Assembly (NCBI GenBank): GCA_040905565.1
Contig: JBBDRF010000092.1
Span: 96,001-160,000 of the forward strand
From: Phycisphaeraceae bacterium
GTDB lineage: Bacteria; Planctomycetota; Phycisphaerae; Phycisphaerales; Zrk34
DNA: 64,000 bases
Direction of reading: 5' to 3'
Shown in pieces: positions 19,724 through 28,965 of the stretch (within the stretch, counting starts at the first letter, position 1; each line of letters opens with the position of its first letter). Under the pieces are notes generated by a model that saw only the letters and a list, made by a program, of their open reading frames with translations, did no database searches and was not told where the DNA came from. Made by a program: the position numbers and the translations under genes.

Positions 19724-20947
19724 CTACTGTGCGAGGACCTGCCCCGCCTGGAACAGCGGCAGCATCAGCGAGGCCGCGACGAAGCCGATCAAGGCTCCCA
19801 TGAACAGAATCATGCAAGGCTCGATGAACTGCGTCGCTGCCCGCACGGCCTGGTTGTACTCTTCCTCGGTGAAGTCCGCGAGTCGACTGAACACCATCCC
19901 CAGCTTCCCCGACCGGTCGCCCGTGTCGATCATGTGCGCGATCGGCTCCGCGATCAGGTCCGACGTCAGCAGCGGTCCCGCCAGACGTTCGCCGTGTTGG
20001 ATGCTGTGATCCACCTGCTGCCAGATGTCCTGGTAATAGCTGTTGGGGACAACCTGGTGAAGAATCTTGAGCGCGTCAACAAGGGAGACGCCTGCCCCGA
20101 GCAACATCGCCATCGTGCGGAACGCCCGTCCCTGATAAAGCGTGTTGCAGACGGTCGAAAATACCGGCAGGTGCAGCACCAGGTAATCGCACTGCCTCCG
20201 GCCGAGCGGGGTTCGGCTCCAGAGAATCATCCCCGCGATCGTCATCAGCATGCCGCCGACCCACAGGTACCAGTTTGCCGTCAGGTTGTCGCTCATCACT
20301 ATCAGCATCTGCGTCGGCAGCGGCAGGGCGGCCCCCTGGTCGGCGAAAATCTCCGCAAAACGCGGCAGAATCACCGTCAGCAGAAACACCGTCACCGAAA
20401 TGCAGATTCCGAACATGAACACCGGGTAGAGCATGGCGGTGCGAATCTGCTTGCGAACGCGCACCTCTTCCGAGAGGTACGCAGCACTGCGCTGCAGCAC
20501 CTGCGTCATTGTGCCGCTCATCTCGCTGGCGCGGATCATCGCCGTCAATGATGGCGGAAATGATCGCGGATACATGGCCATCGCATCGGAAAGCGACCGG
20601 CCTTCTTCCACCGTCTGGCTCACGCGATCCAGCAGCGAGCGTAGCTTCGGTTGCGACGCCTGCCGCGCGAGATACTTCAGGGCGTCGCTCAAGCAGATCC
20701 CCGTCTCCACCATGATCGAAAGCTGCAACATGCACCACGCCACCTGCGCATGCGAAGCCGCCCCCGACTCATGCGGCACAGCTCCCCCTGCCTTGGCCTG
20801 CGCGTCGTAACGGTCCGCACCGATCCGCGTCACGAACAGCTCTCGCTGGCTCAGCAGGTTGCCCGCTTCCTCCATCGTGCGCGCGGAGATCAAACCTCCG
20901 GTCAACTGGCCTTCATCATCTCGAGCTTCGTAGGCAAACTGTGGCAT
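19724..20947 (-). CDS. pilC: Type IV pilus/T2SS platform protein (PilC/GspF/MshG family)
   Basis: MPQFAYEARD, QLSIMVETG, VEEGRSLSDAM, ASEMSG, AMLYP, IEPCMIL, LMLPLF. Confidence 0.92.
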   Translation of the reverse strand: MPQFAYEARDDEGQLTGGLISARTMEEAGNLLSQRELFVTRIGADRYDAQAKAGGAVPHESGAASHAQVAWCMLQLSIMVETGICLSDALKYLARQASQPKLRSLLDRVSQTVEEGRSLSDAMAMYPRSFPPSLTAMIRASEMSGTMTQVLQRSAAYLSEEVRVRKQIRTAMLYPVFMFGICISVTVFLLTVILPRFAEIFADQGAALPLPTQMLIVMSDNLTANWYLWVGGMLMTIAGMILWSRTPLGRRQCDYLVLHLPVFSTVCNTLYQGRAFRTMAMLLGAGVSLVDALKILHQVVPNSYYQDIWQQVDHSIQHGERLAGPLLTSDLIAEPIAHMIDTGDRSGKLGMVFSRLADFTEEEYNQAVRAATQFIEPCMILFMGALIGFVAASLMLPLFQAGQVLAQ

Positions 20948-20955
20948 GGCCGATC

Positions 20956-22851
20956 TCACATGTTTTCCGGTAGGGCGAAAGCGTCGCTGCGTTCGGCCTC
21001 GGGCTGTACGCGGGTGGTCGGCACATCCTCCGCTCGCGCGACGACCTCCAGCAGACTGTTCACACTGATAATTCCCTGCCGAACCTTCTCCAGACCGTCT
21101 TCGAGCATCGTCACAAATCCCTGCTCTTTCGCGAGGGCGCGTACACTGCGTACGCTTCCGTCATGGGCGATCCCCGCCAGCATTTCTTCGTTGAGTCGCA
21201 ACAGTTCGAAAACGCCCACCCGGCCGAACGCCCCCTGCCCTCGACATCGCGTGCAGCCGGTGCCTTCGTAAACCGTGTCGATTGGACACGTGCCGCCGCA
21301 CAGCCGCATCAGCGACGCCCGCGTGGCTGCGGTCAATTCGCTCGCCTTGCGACAGTGAGGACAGATGCGTCGCACCAGTCGCTGCGCCAGAACGCCCCTC
21401 AACGAAGCTGCCAGCAGATAAGGTTCCACCCCCATGTTCGCCAGCCGCGGCACAGCGGTGGGGGCGTCGTTGGTGTGCAACGTCGAGAGCACCAGGTGCC
21501 CCGTCAGTGCCGCTTCCGTCGCCAGCTTCGCCGTTTCCGCATCACGAATCTCACCGACCATGATGATGTCGGGATCCTGCCGAAGCAGCGACCGCAGTGC
21601 ACTGGCGAACGTGAACCCCGCGGCATTATTCACCTGGAACTGGTTCGTGCCCGGCAGCCGCCGCTCGACCGGATCTTCGATCGTGCTGATGTTGTCCTTC
21701 TCGCAGACGATCTCAGCAAGCGCGCCGTACAACGTGGTCGACTTCCCGCTACCGGTCGGTCCCGTCACCAGCACAATGCCATGCGGCGTGCGCATCAGGG
21801 CTCGGAGCTCGGCCAGCATCTCCGGGGCGAAGCCAAGGCTCTCCAGATCAAGCGGTGCCGCATCGCGATTTACCAGTCGCATCACCACCTTCTCACCGAG
21901 TTTCGCAGCCATGGTCGAAACGCGCAGATCGATCGGGCTCTCACCGATCATCACCGTCAGTCCCCCGTCCTGCGGCAGCCGCCGTTCGGAGATATCCATC
22001 CCCGACATGATCTTGATCCGACTAATCACCGCGGGGAGCAGCCGACTGCTGGGGCGCACCGCCTCGATCAGATGACCGTCCACTCGGTAACGCACCCGAA
22101 AACTATCATCCTCGGGCTCGATATGAATATCGCTCGCCCGCATCTCCACGCCCTTGTGGATGATGTAATTGACCAGCTTCACCACCGGCGAATCCGTCGC
22201 AGCCGCTTCAAGATCGGCCACGTTTTCCTGCTGTTCCTGCTCAACGACCTTGAGATTATCCACCACAAGCTGGTCGAGAATCTGGTTCAGCGAAGCACCG
22301 CTCTCCTGATGCGAATCGGTCGGTGGCGTGCTCGTCGTCTTCAGCAGCGCCTCGCGCGTGTGCCGAATGTTCTCACCCGTCGCCGCCATCACCTGCACAG
22401 CGCAGCCGGCCTGTCGCTTGAGATCCTCAACAAGAAACACGTCCGTGAACTGCTCCACCGCCACCCGCAGCCGATCCCCCTCACGCGCGACCGGCAGCAC
22501 GTTGTGCTTCTCCATCATCGCCTGCGGCAGGCTCGCCAGCGCCTCCTCCTCCACCATCTCAGGCGTCAGCTGCACGTAGGGAATATCCAGCAGCGTCGCC
22601 ATCATCTCGACGATGTGCTCGGGCTGCACCAGCTTCATGTCCACCAGAACCTGCCCGAGCAGCTTTCCGGGGGCGACTTCTTTCTGATGCGTCAGTGCTG
22701 CCTCAAGCTGAGATTCGCTGAGCAATCCGCGCTCGCAAAGCATCTGCCCGAGGCGCAGCGGCGGCTTGTTCGATCGCGTCATCGTTTGCTGGGTGTCGGT
22801 CTGCGTGCTGCTCATAGTGTTCAATCGCGACGTCCAGGCGTCATAATTCAA
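20956..22851 (-). CDS. pilB: Assembly ATPase (PilB/GspE/MshE family) with N-terminal MshEN domain
   Basis: RLGQMLCERGLLSESQLEAALTHQ (MshEN), ASDIHIEP, GPTGSGKSTTLY, TIEDPVE, LRQDPDIIMVGEIRD, TGHLVLSTLHTN, CPHC...CTRC. Exact start uncertain. Confidence 0.95.
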   Translation of the reverse strand: MNYDAWTSRLNTMSSTQTDTQQTMTRSNKPPLRLGQMLCERGLLSESQLEAALTHQKEVAPGKLLGQVLVDMKLVQPEHIVEMMATLLDIPYVQLTPEMVEEEALASLPQAMMEKHNVLPVAREGDRLRVAVEQFTDVFLVEDLKRQAGCAVQVMAATGENIRHTREALLKTTSTPPTDSHQESGASLNQILDQLVVDNLKVVEQEQQENVADLEAAATDSPVVKLVNYIIHKGVEMRASDIHIEPEDDSFRVRYRVDGHLIEAVRPSSRLLPAVISRIKIMSGMDISERRLPQDGGLTVMIGESPIDLRVSTMAAKLGEKVVMRLVNRDAAPLDLESLGFAPEMLAELRALMRTPHGIVLVTGPTGSGKSTTLYGALAEIVCEKDNISTIEDPVERRLPGTNQFQVNNAAGFTFASALRSLLRQDPDIIMVGEIRDAETAKLATEAALTGHLVLSTLHTNDAPTAVPRLANMGVEPYLLAASLRGVLAQRLVRRICPHCRKASELTAATRASLMRLCGGTCPIDTVYEGTGCTRCRGQGAFGRVGVFELLRLNEEMLAGIAHDGSVRSVRALAKEQGFVTMLEDGLEKVRQGIISVNSLLEVVARAEDVPTTRVQPEAERSDAFALPENM

Positions 22852-23374
22852 GGGTAATCTGAATGCCGTCTTTGCTGATCACGATGTGCCGTGAGGCGAT
22901 GCGGACGATTCGGAAGCCGTTCACCTGCTGCCCTTCGCGCCACACCTCGTTGTTGATCATCGCGATCGGGTCGTCGCCATGGATGATCGCGTGCAGCCGC
23001 ACGTTCTGCGTTGCTGCGCGCGTGACGGAAGCCACATCAGGCATAGGGGCCGTCGGCTCAGGGGGGGCTTTGACCGGCTCGGGCTCGGGGGTCGGCTCGT
23101 CCTCCGGAAACACCGATTCCCATGCGAAAAGATCGCGTCGCACCTCGACGGGCCAGTTGATTTCAACCGGCACAACAGGTTCACTGACGCTGCCGGCCGA
23201 CGACGCGTCAACGGTTTCATCCGTGGTCGAAGCCGTCACCTCTTCGGGCCCCTGATGCACAAGCCGAACCACGCCGATTACCAGCGCTGCGGCCAGCAGC
23301 ATCGTGAGCACCGCCCATTGCCGGCGCTGCTTTCTCTGCATCGCCCGCATTCCCGCATCCATCTTCGCCATCAC
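22841..23374 (-). CDS. MshK/GspB/PilP-like single-TM periplasmic component
   Basis: TM, RRDLF, Pro-rich linker, LHAII...AMINNEVWREGQQVNGFRIVRI. Confidence 0.7.
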   Translation of the reverse strand: MMAKMDAGMRAMQRKQRRQWAVLTMLLAAALVIGVVRLVHQGPEEVTASTTDETVDASSAGSVSEPVVPVEINWPVEVRRDLFAWESVFPEDEPTPEPEPVKAPPEPTAPMPDVASVTRAATQNVRLHAIIHGDDPIAMINNEVWREGQQVNGFRIVRIASRHIVISKDGIQITLEL

Positions 23375-23904
23375 CGTGCCTCCCCGTTGCTAGCGAACGT
23401 CACCAGCCGCGCACTGATCGCCAACTGATCAAGCGACGCACGAGGCGAGCGCGAAATCTGTAGCTGCTCCACACGCACCACCCGTTCGTAACCGTGAACT
23501 CGATCGAGCAGATCAAACGCAGCCTCGAACGATCCAGTGAACGCCAATTCGAGCCGCACTTGATCGAGATCGCCGAACTGCGAAGGGCTACCCGTCGTCA
23601 GCGATCGATCACGCACCTCCAGCGCGCGCAAATCTGTCCCTAACTGTTCAAGAAGACTGCCGATCTCCAGCGTTGCCGGCAACGCAGCGTCCTGCCTGTG
23701 CACCCGTTCCTGAAGTTCCGCCACCTGCTGCGCCAGGGCATCACCCTGATTTGCGGCGTCTTTCAGCGCCTCCGTCTCGTGCGCGAGGGAGTCCAGACGA
23801 TCCCATCGATTGGACAACGACGTGAAGTGCACGAACGCACCGCTGACGATCACCAGCGCCACCAAGCCCGCCGCGACCAATGGGTTCTCCTTCAGAATGA
23901 TCAA
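23371..23904 (-). CDS. pilO: PilO-like protein
   Basis: N-terminal TM, coiled coil, LPATLEIGSLL, LAFTGSF...YERVVRVEQL. Confidence 0.8.
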   Translation of the reverse strand: MIILKENPLVAAGLVALVIVSGAFVHFTSLSNRWDRLDSLAHETEALKDAANQGDALAQQVAELQERVHRQDAALPATLEIGSLLEQLGTDLRALEVRDRSLTTGSPSQFGDLDQVRLELAFTGSFEAAFDLLDRVHGYERVVRVEQLQISRSPRASLDQLAISARLVTFASNGEAR

Positions 23905-24545
23905 GGCTTCGCTCCGTCGTGTTGCGCCATTGCCGCGGCCTGCGTCAGTAGAAGCTTCATGCTCAGATTGAACTCTTGCCTGGGCTGATCCCGCACAACA
24001 ACCTCGCGACTGTCGTCAAGCTGAATGTTCTTGAACAGGTGGTGCTGGGAAAGCAGTCGCACCATGCGCGCCACCGCGACGTCGTCCGACGCCAACCCCT
24101 GAAGCGCGATCTGCACATGTGGCGGCGGCGCAGGCGAGCGTTTCCGCTCATCACTGTTTTCGCGCTCTGGCAGGGGGGGGCCGGGCAGCTGAATCTTCAG
24201 ACCACGCAACGCTACCTCTTTAGGCGCAATCTGCGTGAGCAGGGCGAGGATCGGGGCCGTCGGCAGCGTCTCTCGGAGCCGCGCCACGGTCCCGATTTCT
24301 GCCTCTAAATTTGCACGCTCCGCCTGAAGCGTCGCGACGCGTTCCGCAGCCTCACGCAACGGCGTCACCTCTTGCTCGGCTGCGGCAATCTGCCGATCCA
24401 GCCCGCGGAGTTGAACCACCGCAGCGCCCGCCCATCCCGCAAGCACCACCACCAGAAGCCCCGCGAGCACGCCGTAGGTGGCTCGGCGGTTCTGTGCCGC
24501 CTGCGCCTGATGGAGATGCTGCGGAAGCAGGTCGATGCGCTTCAT
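23901..24545 (-). CDS. pilN: PilN-like protein
   Basis: RIDLLP N-terminal motif, TM, coiled coil, LQGLASDDVAVARMVRLLSQHHLFKNI. Confidence 0.85.
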   Translation of the reverse strand: MKRIDLLPQHLHQAQAAQNRRATYGVLAGLLVVVLAGWAGAAVVQLRGLDRQIAAAEQEVTPLREAAERVATLQAERANLEAEIGTVARLRETLPTAPILALLTQIAPKEVALRGLKIQLPGPPLPERENSDERKRSPAPPPHVQIALQGLASDDVAVARMVRLLSQHHLFKNIQLDDSREVVVRDQPRQEFNLSMKLLLTQAAAMAQHDGAKP

Positions 24546-25654
24546 GCCGCCACCCCCTGCATCGCATCTTCACGCCCATAGAGCGCCAGCCCGATCGGGA
24601 GGAGCCAATCCTCCAGCGTTGTGTCGGCAGGCAGGCGATCGCCGATCCTCTGCAGGCCCGGCACAAGCAGTGTTTCCAGCATCTCAAATGCGATGCGCGA
24701 CGTGTCGTTGAGCGCCGCGGTCAGCGCCTCGCGGCCGCTGCCGGCGCCGATCACGCAGCCGACGTCCGGCTCAAACTCGAACAGCCGCGCCTGGCTCAGA
24801 TAGTGCAGGCAGAGCATCACCTCACGCCCCAGATCACGCCCGACCGACACGAACGCCTCATCGAGTGCCGCCTGAGCGCGACGTGCATCCGCGCCTTCCA
24901 ATTCCGCCGACGCCGCAGTTGTCAGCAACTGCGAGATCTTTGATTCCCCATGTTCGCCCAGGTCGGCAGCCCGAGCAGCCCGCGTGATGATCTCACGCCG
25001 CCCGATGTCAATCGTCCGGATGAAACGAGGCAGGCCCTGGTGGACCACGATCAACGCGGAACCACTTGATCCCATCTCAATGATGAAGCGCGGCCGGCAT
25101 GCATCGCCATCCGCGGTCGATGCCATCGGCGAGAGGCACCGCGCCAATGCCCCGGCGTCCGCGTCCAGTGCGGTGAGGGTGCAGCCCGCGGCGTGCAGCA
25201 TCGCCGCATGTGCTTCAACGTCCTGCTGTGCCGCCGCGACGGCGATCACCTCGTGCCGCCGCTTGCCCGCATCGAGCACCTCACCAACGTCGAAATAATC
25301 CACACACAACTGCTCGACGCTCCAATTCAGTTCCTGCGCCGTGCGGTACCGCACAGCAGCGGCCAGCTCCGCGTCAGGCATCGGTGCCAGACGAAGATGC
25401 CGATAACGCATCTGCTCGATCGGAAGGCACGACACCACCTGTCGTCCGCTGAAAGCATGGTCCCCCAGCGCCTGCCGCAGCGCCGCCGTGGCCGCGGAAG
25501 GCCAGTCCTCTGATCGGCGATCTGCTTCGAGCGGCAGGCGGACCGTCTCAAGGATGTGCGAGGTTTCATCGCACAACTGCACCACCCGCACCGCGTCATC
25601 CGCGAACGCACAGCCGATCGGCCAACCTCCCTGTCTACGCCATCCGTTGAACAT
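24542..25654 (-). CDS. pilM: PilM-like actin-fold pilus assembly protein
   Basis: PIGCAF..DAVRVVQL, FSGRQVVSCLP, LAPMPDAEL, FIRTIDIG, IGLAL; first gene of the M-N-O operon. Confidence 0.85.
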   Translation of the reverse strand: MFNGWRRQGGWPIGCAFADDAVRVVQLCDETSHILETVRLPLEADRRSEDWPSAATAALRQALGDHAFSGRQVVSCLPIEQMRYRHLRLAPMPDAELAAAVRYRTAQELNWSVEQLCVDYFDVGEVLDAGKRRHEVIAVAAAQQDVEAHAAMLHAAGCTLTALDADAGALARCLSPMASTADGDACRPRFIIEMGSSGSALIVVHQGLPRFIRTIDIGRREIITRAARAADLGEHGESKISQLLTTAASAELEGADARRAQAALDEAFVSVGRDLGREVMLCLHYLSQARLFEFEPDVGCVIGAGSGREALTAALNDTSRIAFEMLETLLVPGLQRIGDRLPADTTLEDWLLPIGLALYGREDAMQGVAA

Positions 25655-25749
25655 GCTTGCGTGACTCCTTCAGAGCTTTCGCAGAACAAACCCGACCGCG
25701 CCGTAACGACTCGGCATCATGTCCACCCGTGCGGGCTGTCCGGCTTATA

Positions 25750-25777
25750 TCATCGGACGCAAGGCAGACCGACTTGA
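25750..25777 (-). promoter_or_regulatory. Sigma28-like promoter upstream of pilM
   Basis: TCAAG-N15-TCCGATGA on the minus strand, about 95 nt before pilM. Confidence 0.65.
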
Positions 25778-25926
25778 CCGGCTGATCGCCGAGGCGAGGT
25801 CAATCAAGTGGAAGGAGGCAACCCCGGAAGCTGCGGGAGCAGTTCGGTGATCGAACGCGCGGAAAACGCCAGAAAAGGCGTATAACGACGGGTAATGGCC
25901 ATCAAAAACGGTCGGCGAACAGACGT

Positions 25927-25955
25927 TTGTCCAGCGACAGAGATTCCGCTATCAT
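25927..25955 (+). promoter_or_regulatory. Sigma70-type promoter of tRNA-Ser
   Basis: TTGTCC-N17-TATCAT, ending 10 nt before the tRNA. Confidence 0.75.
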
Positions 25956-25965
25956 GCCGGCTTCG

Positions 25966-26056
25966 GGAGAGGTGGCCGAGCGGCTGAAGGCACCGGTTTG
26001 CTAAACCGGCGTAGGAGTTAACTCTCCTACCGAGGGTTCGAATCCCTCCCTCTCCG
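25966..26056 (+). tRNA. tRNA-Ser (anticodon GCU), CCA not encoded
   Basis: Acceptor stem GGAGAGG/CCTCTCC with discriminator G; anticodon arm CCGGT-TTGCTAA-ACCGG; long variable arm GTAGGAG..CTCCTAC; T-arm GAGGGTTCGAATCCCTC. Confidence 0.97.
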
Positions 26057-26060
26057 TTGG

Positions 26061-26105
26061 AATCCCGCAAATGCCTGATTCTGTCAGGGTTTGCGGGATT
26101 TTTTT
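26061..26105 (+). terminator. Rho-independent terminator after tRNA-Ser
   Basis: AATCCCGCAAA...TTTGCGGGATT stem followed by a T-run. Confidence 0.8.
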
Positions 26106-26136
26106 GCGCCGGATCGTTCCCTTGATACCGGCGCCG

Positions 26137-26192
26137 TGTCCGCGGTTGTCCGTGGCGTATCGCTGGAATTCCGGACAAAACGCCGGACAAAA
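26137..26192. repeat. Short CGGACA-core repeats (two direct, two inverted), att-arm-like
   Basis: TGTCCGCGG at 26137 and TGTCCGTGG at 26147; CCGGACAAAA at 26171 and 26183. Confidence 0.6.
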
Positions 26193-26461
26193 TTTGGGGC
26201 CTTGATCGGCTGCTCGACCATCGCGGAAATCAGTGCAGTGCCGGTGCTGCGCTCCGCCGTGGCGGCGAACGTTCAACACACCGATTTTGGATCACCATCT
26301 GTTGGCTGAGTTGGTTCGAATGCCTGATGAACGAATCCCCCTTGCGAGCGATGCGGCCGTACGGTCTACTGATTGTGCCTACGAGTGACGCGTGTTCGGC
26401 CTGAAAAGCGGTAGGGCCCGGCATCCACCAGACAAATCGGCCGATACCGAAAGCAGCTCTC

Positions 26462-28759
26462 ATGGATCATCTTGTGTTCCGCATCGTCTTCGCAGTCGCC
26501 GTCCTGCTCACGGTCTGTTTCGAGAGCCGCACCATTCTTGCCGACTCGCCTCTGACGGTGGGATCGAATCCGCCAGCGATTGAACCGGCGCATTTTCCCG
26601 ATCGGGCGCACGCGCTGGTCTGGCGGAACTGGCATCTGGTCGAACCCGCCACGATTGCCGAGGTGCTGAGCACGGAGGAAGCGAACGTGCACGGCCTTGC
26701 AGAGTCGATGGGTCTTCCCGCCGCTCGGCCGATCCCCAATGATTACCACGAGCGGATGTACATCACCATCCTCCGCCGCAATTGGCACCTGGTGCCGTAC
26801 GAACAGTTGCTCACGCTGCTGGATTTTACGGAGGATGAACTCGCCTTCGCGCTGTATGAAGACGATTTCCTGTTCATCAAGCTCGGCTCGCTCAAGCCTG
26901 CCGTTGAGGCGGTGCGATATCGTGAGCCCGACGCGGCCGCCCGCCGCCGTGCTGCGGAGATTCGAAAGCTTGTGGAGCGTCACTTCGGCAAGGCGTTGCA
27001 CGAGCCCGCCGAGCCACGGTTTCACTTCATCGAACAGTTGAGCGACGAAACCACCGCACCGCCGCCGCCTGACGACCCTGCCGCTCATCGCGCCGATGGC
27101 CTTCGATTCATCTACTCCTACTTCGCCCTCTTCGGCGACCCCCTCGCCCACGCCGACCGCGATCCGTTCCCCGACGGGCTTCTCGCTCGCCTGGCGGATA
27201 CGGGTGTCAACGGCGTCTGGCTGCACATCGTGCTGCGCGATCTTGCGCCCGGCGGCGAGCAGTTCCCCGAATTCGGCGCGGGTCACGAAGAACGCCTCGA
27301 CAATCTCAACAACCTGGTGCAGCGTGCCAACCGTTACGGCATCGCCATCTATCTCTATATGAACGAACCGCGAGCCATGCCCGAGTCGTTCTTCGAATCC
27401 CACCCGGAGCTCGCGGGCGCTCCCGGTCACGGCGGGCGTGCCATGTGCACCTCGACACCGCAGGTGCGCCAATGGCTCGGCGACGCGCTCACGCATGTCT
27501 TCCGAGAAGTGCCCGATCTCGGCGGCGTGTTCACCATCACCGCCTCAGAAAATCTCACCAACTGCGCCTCACACAGCAACAAAAACGCTTGCCCACGCTG
27601 CGCCGACCGCTCCGAGGCGGACATCATTGCTGAGGTGAACACTGTCATTGAGCAAGGCGTGCACCGCGGCAATCCTGAAGCGCGTGTCATCGCCTGGGAC
27701 TGGGGCTGGAACGGTCACGGCGACGCTTCCGACCACATCGCCAAGCTCCCCGACAACATCCACCTCATGTCCGTCTCCGAGTGGTCGCTGCCGATCAAGC
27801 GCGGCGGCATCGAGACAGCCGTCGGCGAATATTCCCTCTCCGCTGTCGGTCCCGGACCCCGTGCCCAGCGCCATTGGAAGCTCGCCCAGGAGCGCGGCCT
27901 CAAAACTATCGCCAAGGTCCAATTCAACAACACGTGGGAGCTTGCCGCACTGCCTTACCTGCCAGTGATGGATTTGGTCGCTGAACATAACGCCAATCTC
28001 GCCCGGGCCGGCATCGACGGCACCATGCTCTCCTGGACACTCGGCGGCTACCCCTCGCCCAACCTCCGCATCGCCCAACGATTCGCACAGGAACCCGATG
28101 CCGACGTCGACACCGTGCTCGATGATCTGGCCGACGAGCGCTACGGCGTCACCGCGGGCCCGGCGATGCGGCAGGCGTGGACGCACTTCAGCGAAGGGTT
28201 CCGCTCCTATCCTTATCACATCCAGGTCACTTACAACGGCCCGCAGCAAATGGGCCCCGCCAATCCGCTCTATGCAAAGTCGACCGGTTACCGCGCCACG
28301 ATGACAGGCATTCCCTACGACGCCCTCGACGCGTGGCGCGGGCCCTATCCGCCGGACGTCTTCCGCCATCAGTTTGAGCAGGTGGCGGAGGGCTTCGCGC
28401 TCGGCCTCTCCGTCATGCGGCGTAACCTCGACAGCGTCCCCACCGAAAAGAAGGCCGACGCCCAGAGCGACCTCCGCATCGCCGAGGCTGCCTTCCTTCA
28501 CTTTCGAAGCGTCGCCGATCAAGTCGAGTTCATCACCCTTCGCGATGCTGTGCTCACGGGTGACGCCAGCGACGCTCAGCGACAGAATCTCGATCGCGTC
28601 ATCGATGCAGAGATTGCCGCCGCCGTCCGCCTTTTCGAGCTGACGCAGGCGGACGCGCGCATCGGCTTCGAAGCGGCCAATCAGTACTTCTACACGCCGC
28701 TCGATCTCGTCGAGAAGGTGATCACTGCGGAATACGCCCGAGACCAGCTCACCCCTTGA
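26462..28759 (+). CDS. Secreted hypothetical protein, probable glycoside-hydrolase-like TIM barrel
   Basis: Signal peptide; GVNGVWLH, YGIAIYLYMNEPRA, GGVFTITASENLTNC, VIAWDWGW. The fold is an inference. Confidence 0.6.
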   Translation: MDHLVFRIVFAVAVLLTVCFESRTILADSPLTVGSNPPAIEPAHFPDRAHALVWRNWHLVEPATIAEVLSTEEANVHGLAESMGLPAARPIPNDYHERMYITILRRNWHLVPYEQLLTLLDFTEDELAFALYEDDFLFIKLGSLKPAVEAVRYREPDAAARRRAAEIRKLVERHFGKALHEPAEPRFHFIEQLSDETTAPPPPDDPAAHRADGLRFIYSYFALFGDPLAHADRDPFPDGLLARLADTGVNGVWLHIVLRDLAPGGEQFPEFGAGHEERLDNLNNLVQRANRYGIAIYLYMNEPRAMPESFFESHPELAGAPGHGGRAMCTSTPQVRQWLGDALTHVFREVPDLGGVFTITASENLTNCASHSNKNACPRCADRSEADIIAEVNTVIEQGVHRGNPEARVIAWDWGWNGHGDASDHIAKLPDNIHLMSVSEWSLPIKRGGIETAVGEYSLSAVGPGPRAQRHWKLAQERGLKTIAKVQFNNTWELAALPYLPVMDLVAEHNANLARAGIDGTMLSWTLGGYPSPNLRIAQRFAQEPDADVDTVLDDLADERYGVTAGPAMRQAWTHFSEGFRSYPYHIQVTYNGPQQMGPANPLYAKSTGYRATMTGIPYDALDAWRGPYPPDVFRHQFEQVAEGFALGLSVMRRNLDSVPTEKKADAQSDLRIAEAAFLHFRSVADQVEFITLRDAVLTGDASDAQRQNLDRVIDAEIAAAVRLFELTQADARIGFEAANQYFYTPLDLVEKVITAEYARDQLTP

Positions 28760-28965
28760 CGCTGGCGAAGGCAGGCACGCGAGAATGTCACGCACGACGG
28801 CACCGGCAGCACATCCCGAGCGTCGACCTGGAGCCATCGCTGTAGGCACCGCGCGGTGCATTTCGATGTCGCAGTCCCGCTTACGTGTTGTTTCTTCCGC
28901 CACGCACCGTTAGGTTGATCGCGGGGATGGTGCAGATTTTCGGTTCTCTCTCAGGGACAGCAGCG

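Noticed and set aside
21163..22857. Long antisense ORFs (564 aa here; also 44735-46579, 27569-28903, 29797-31071, 2224-3330)
   Set aside because: Shadow frames of well-supported genes, expected in high-GC DNA, with no recognisable motifs.
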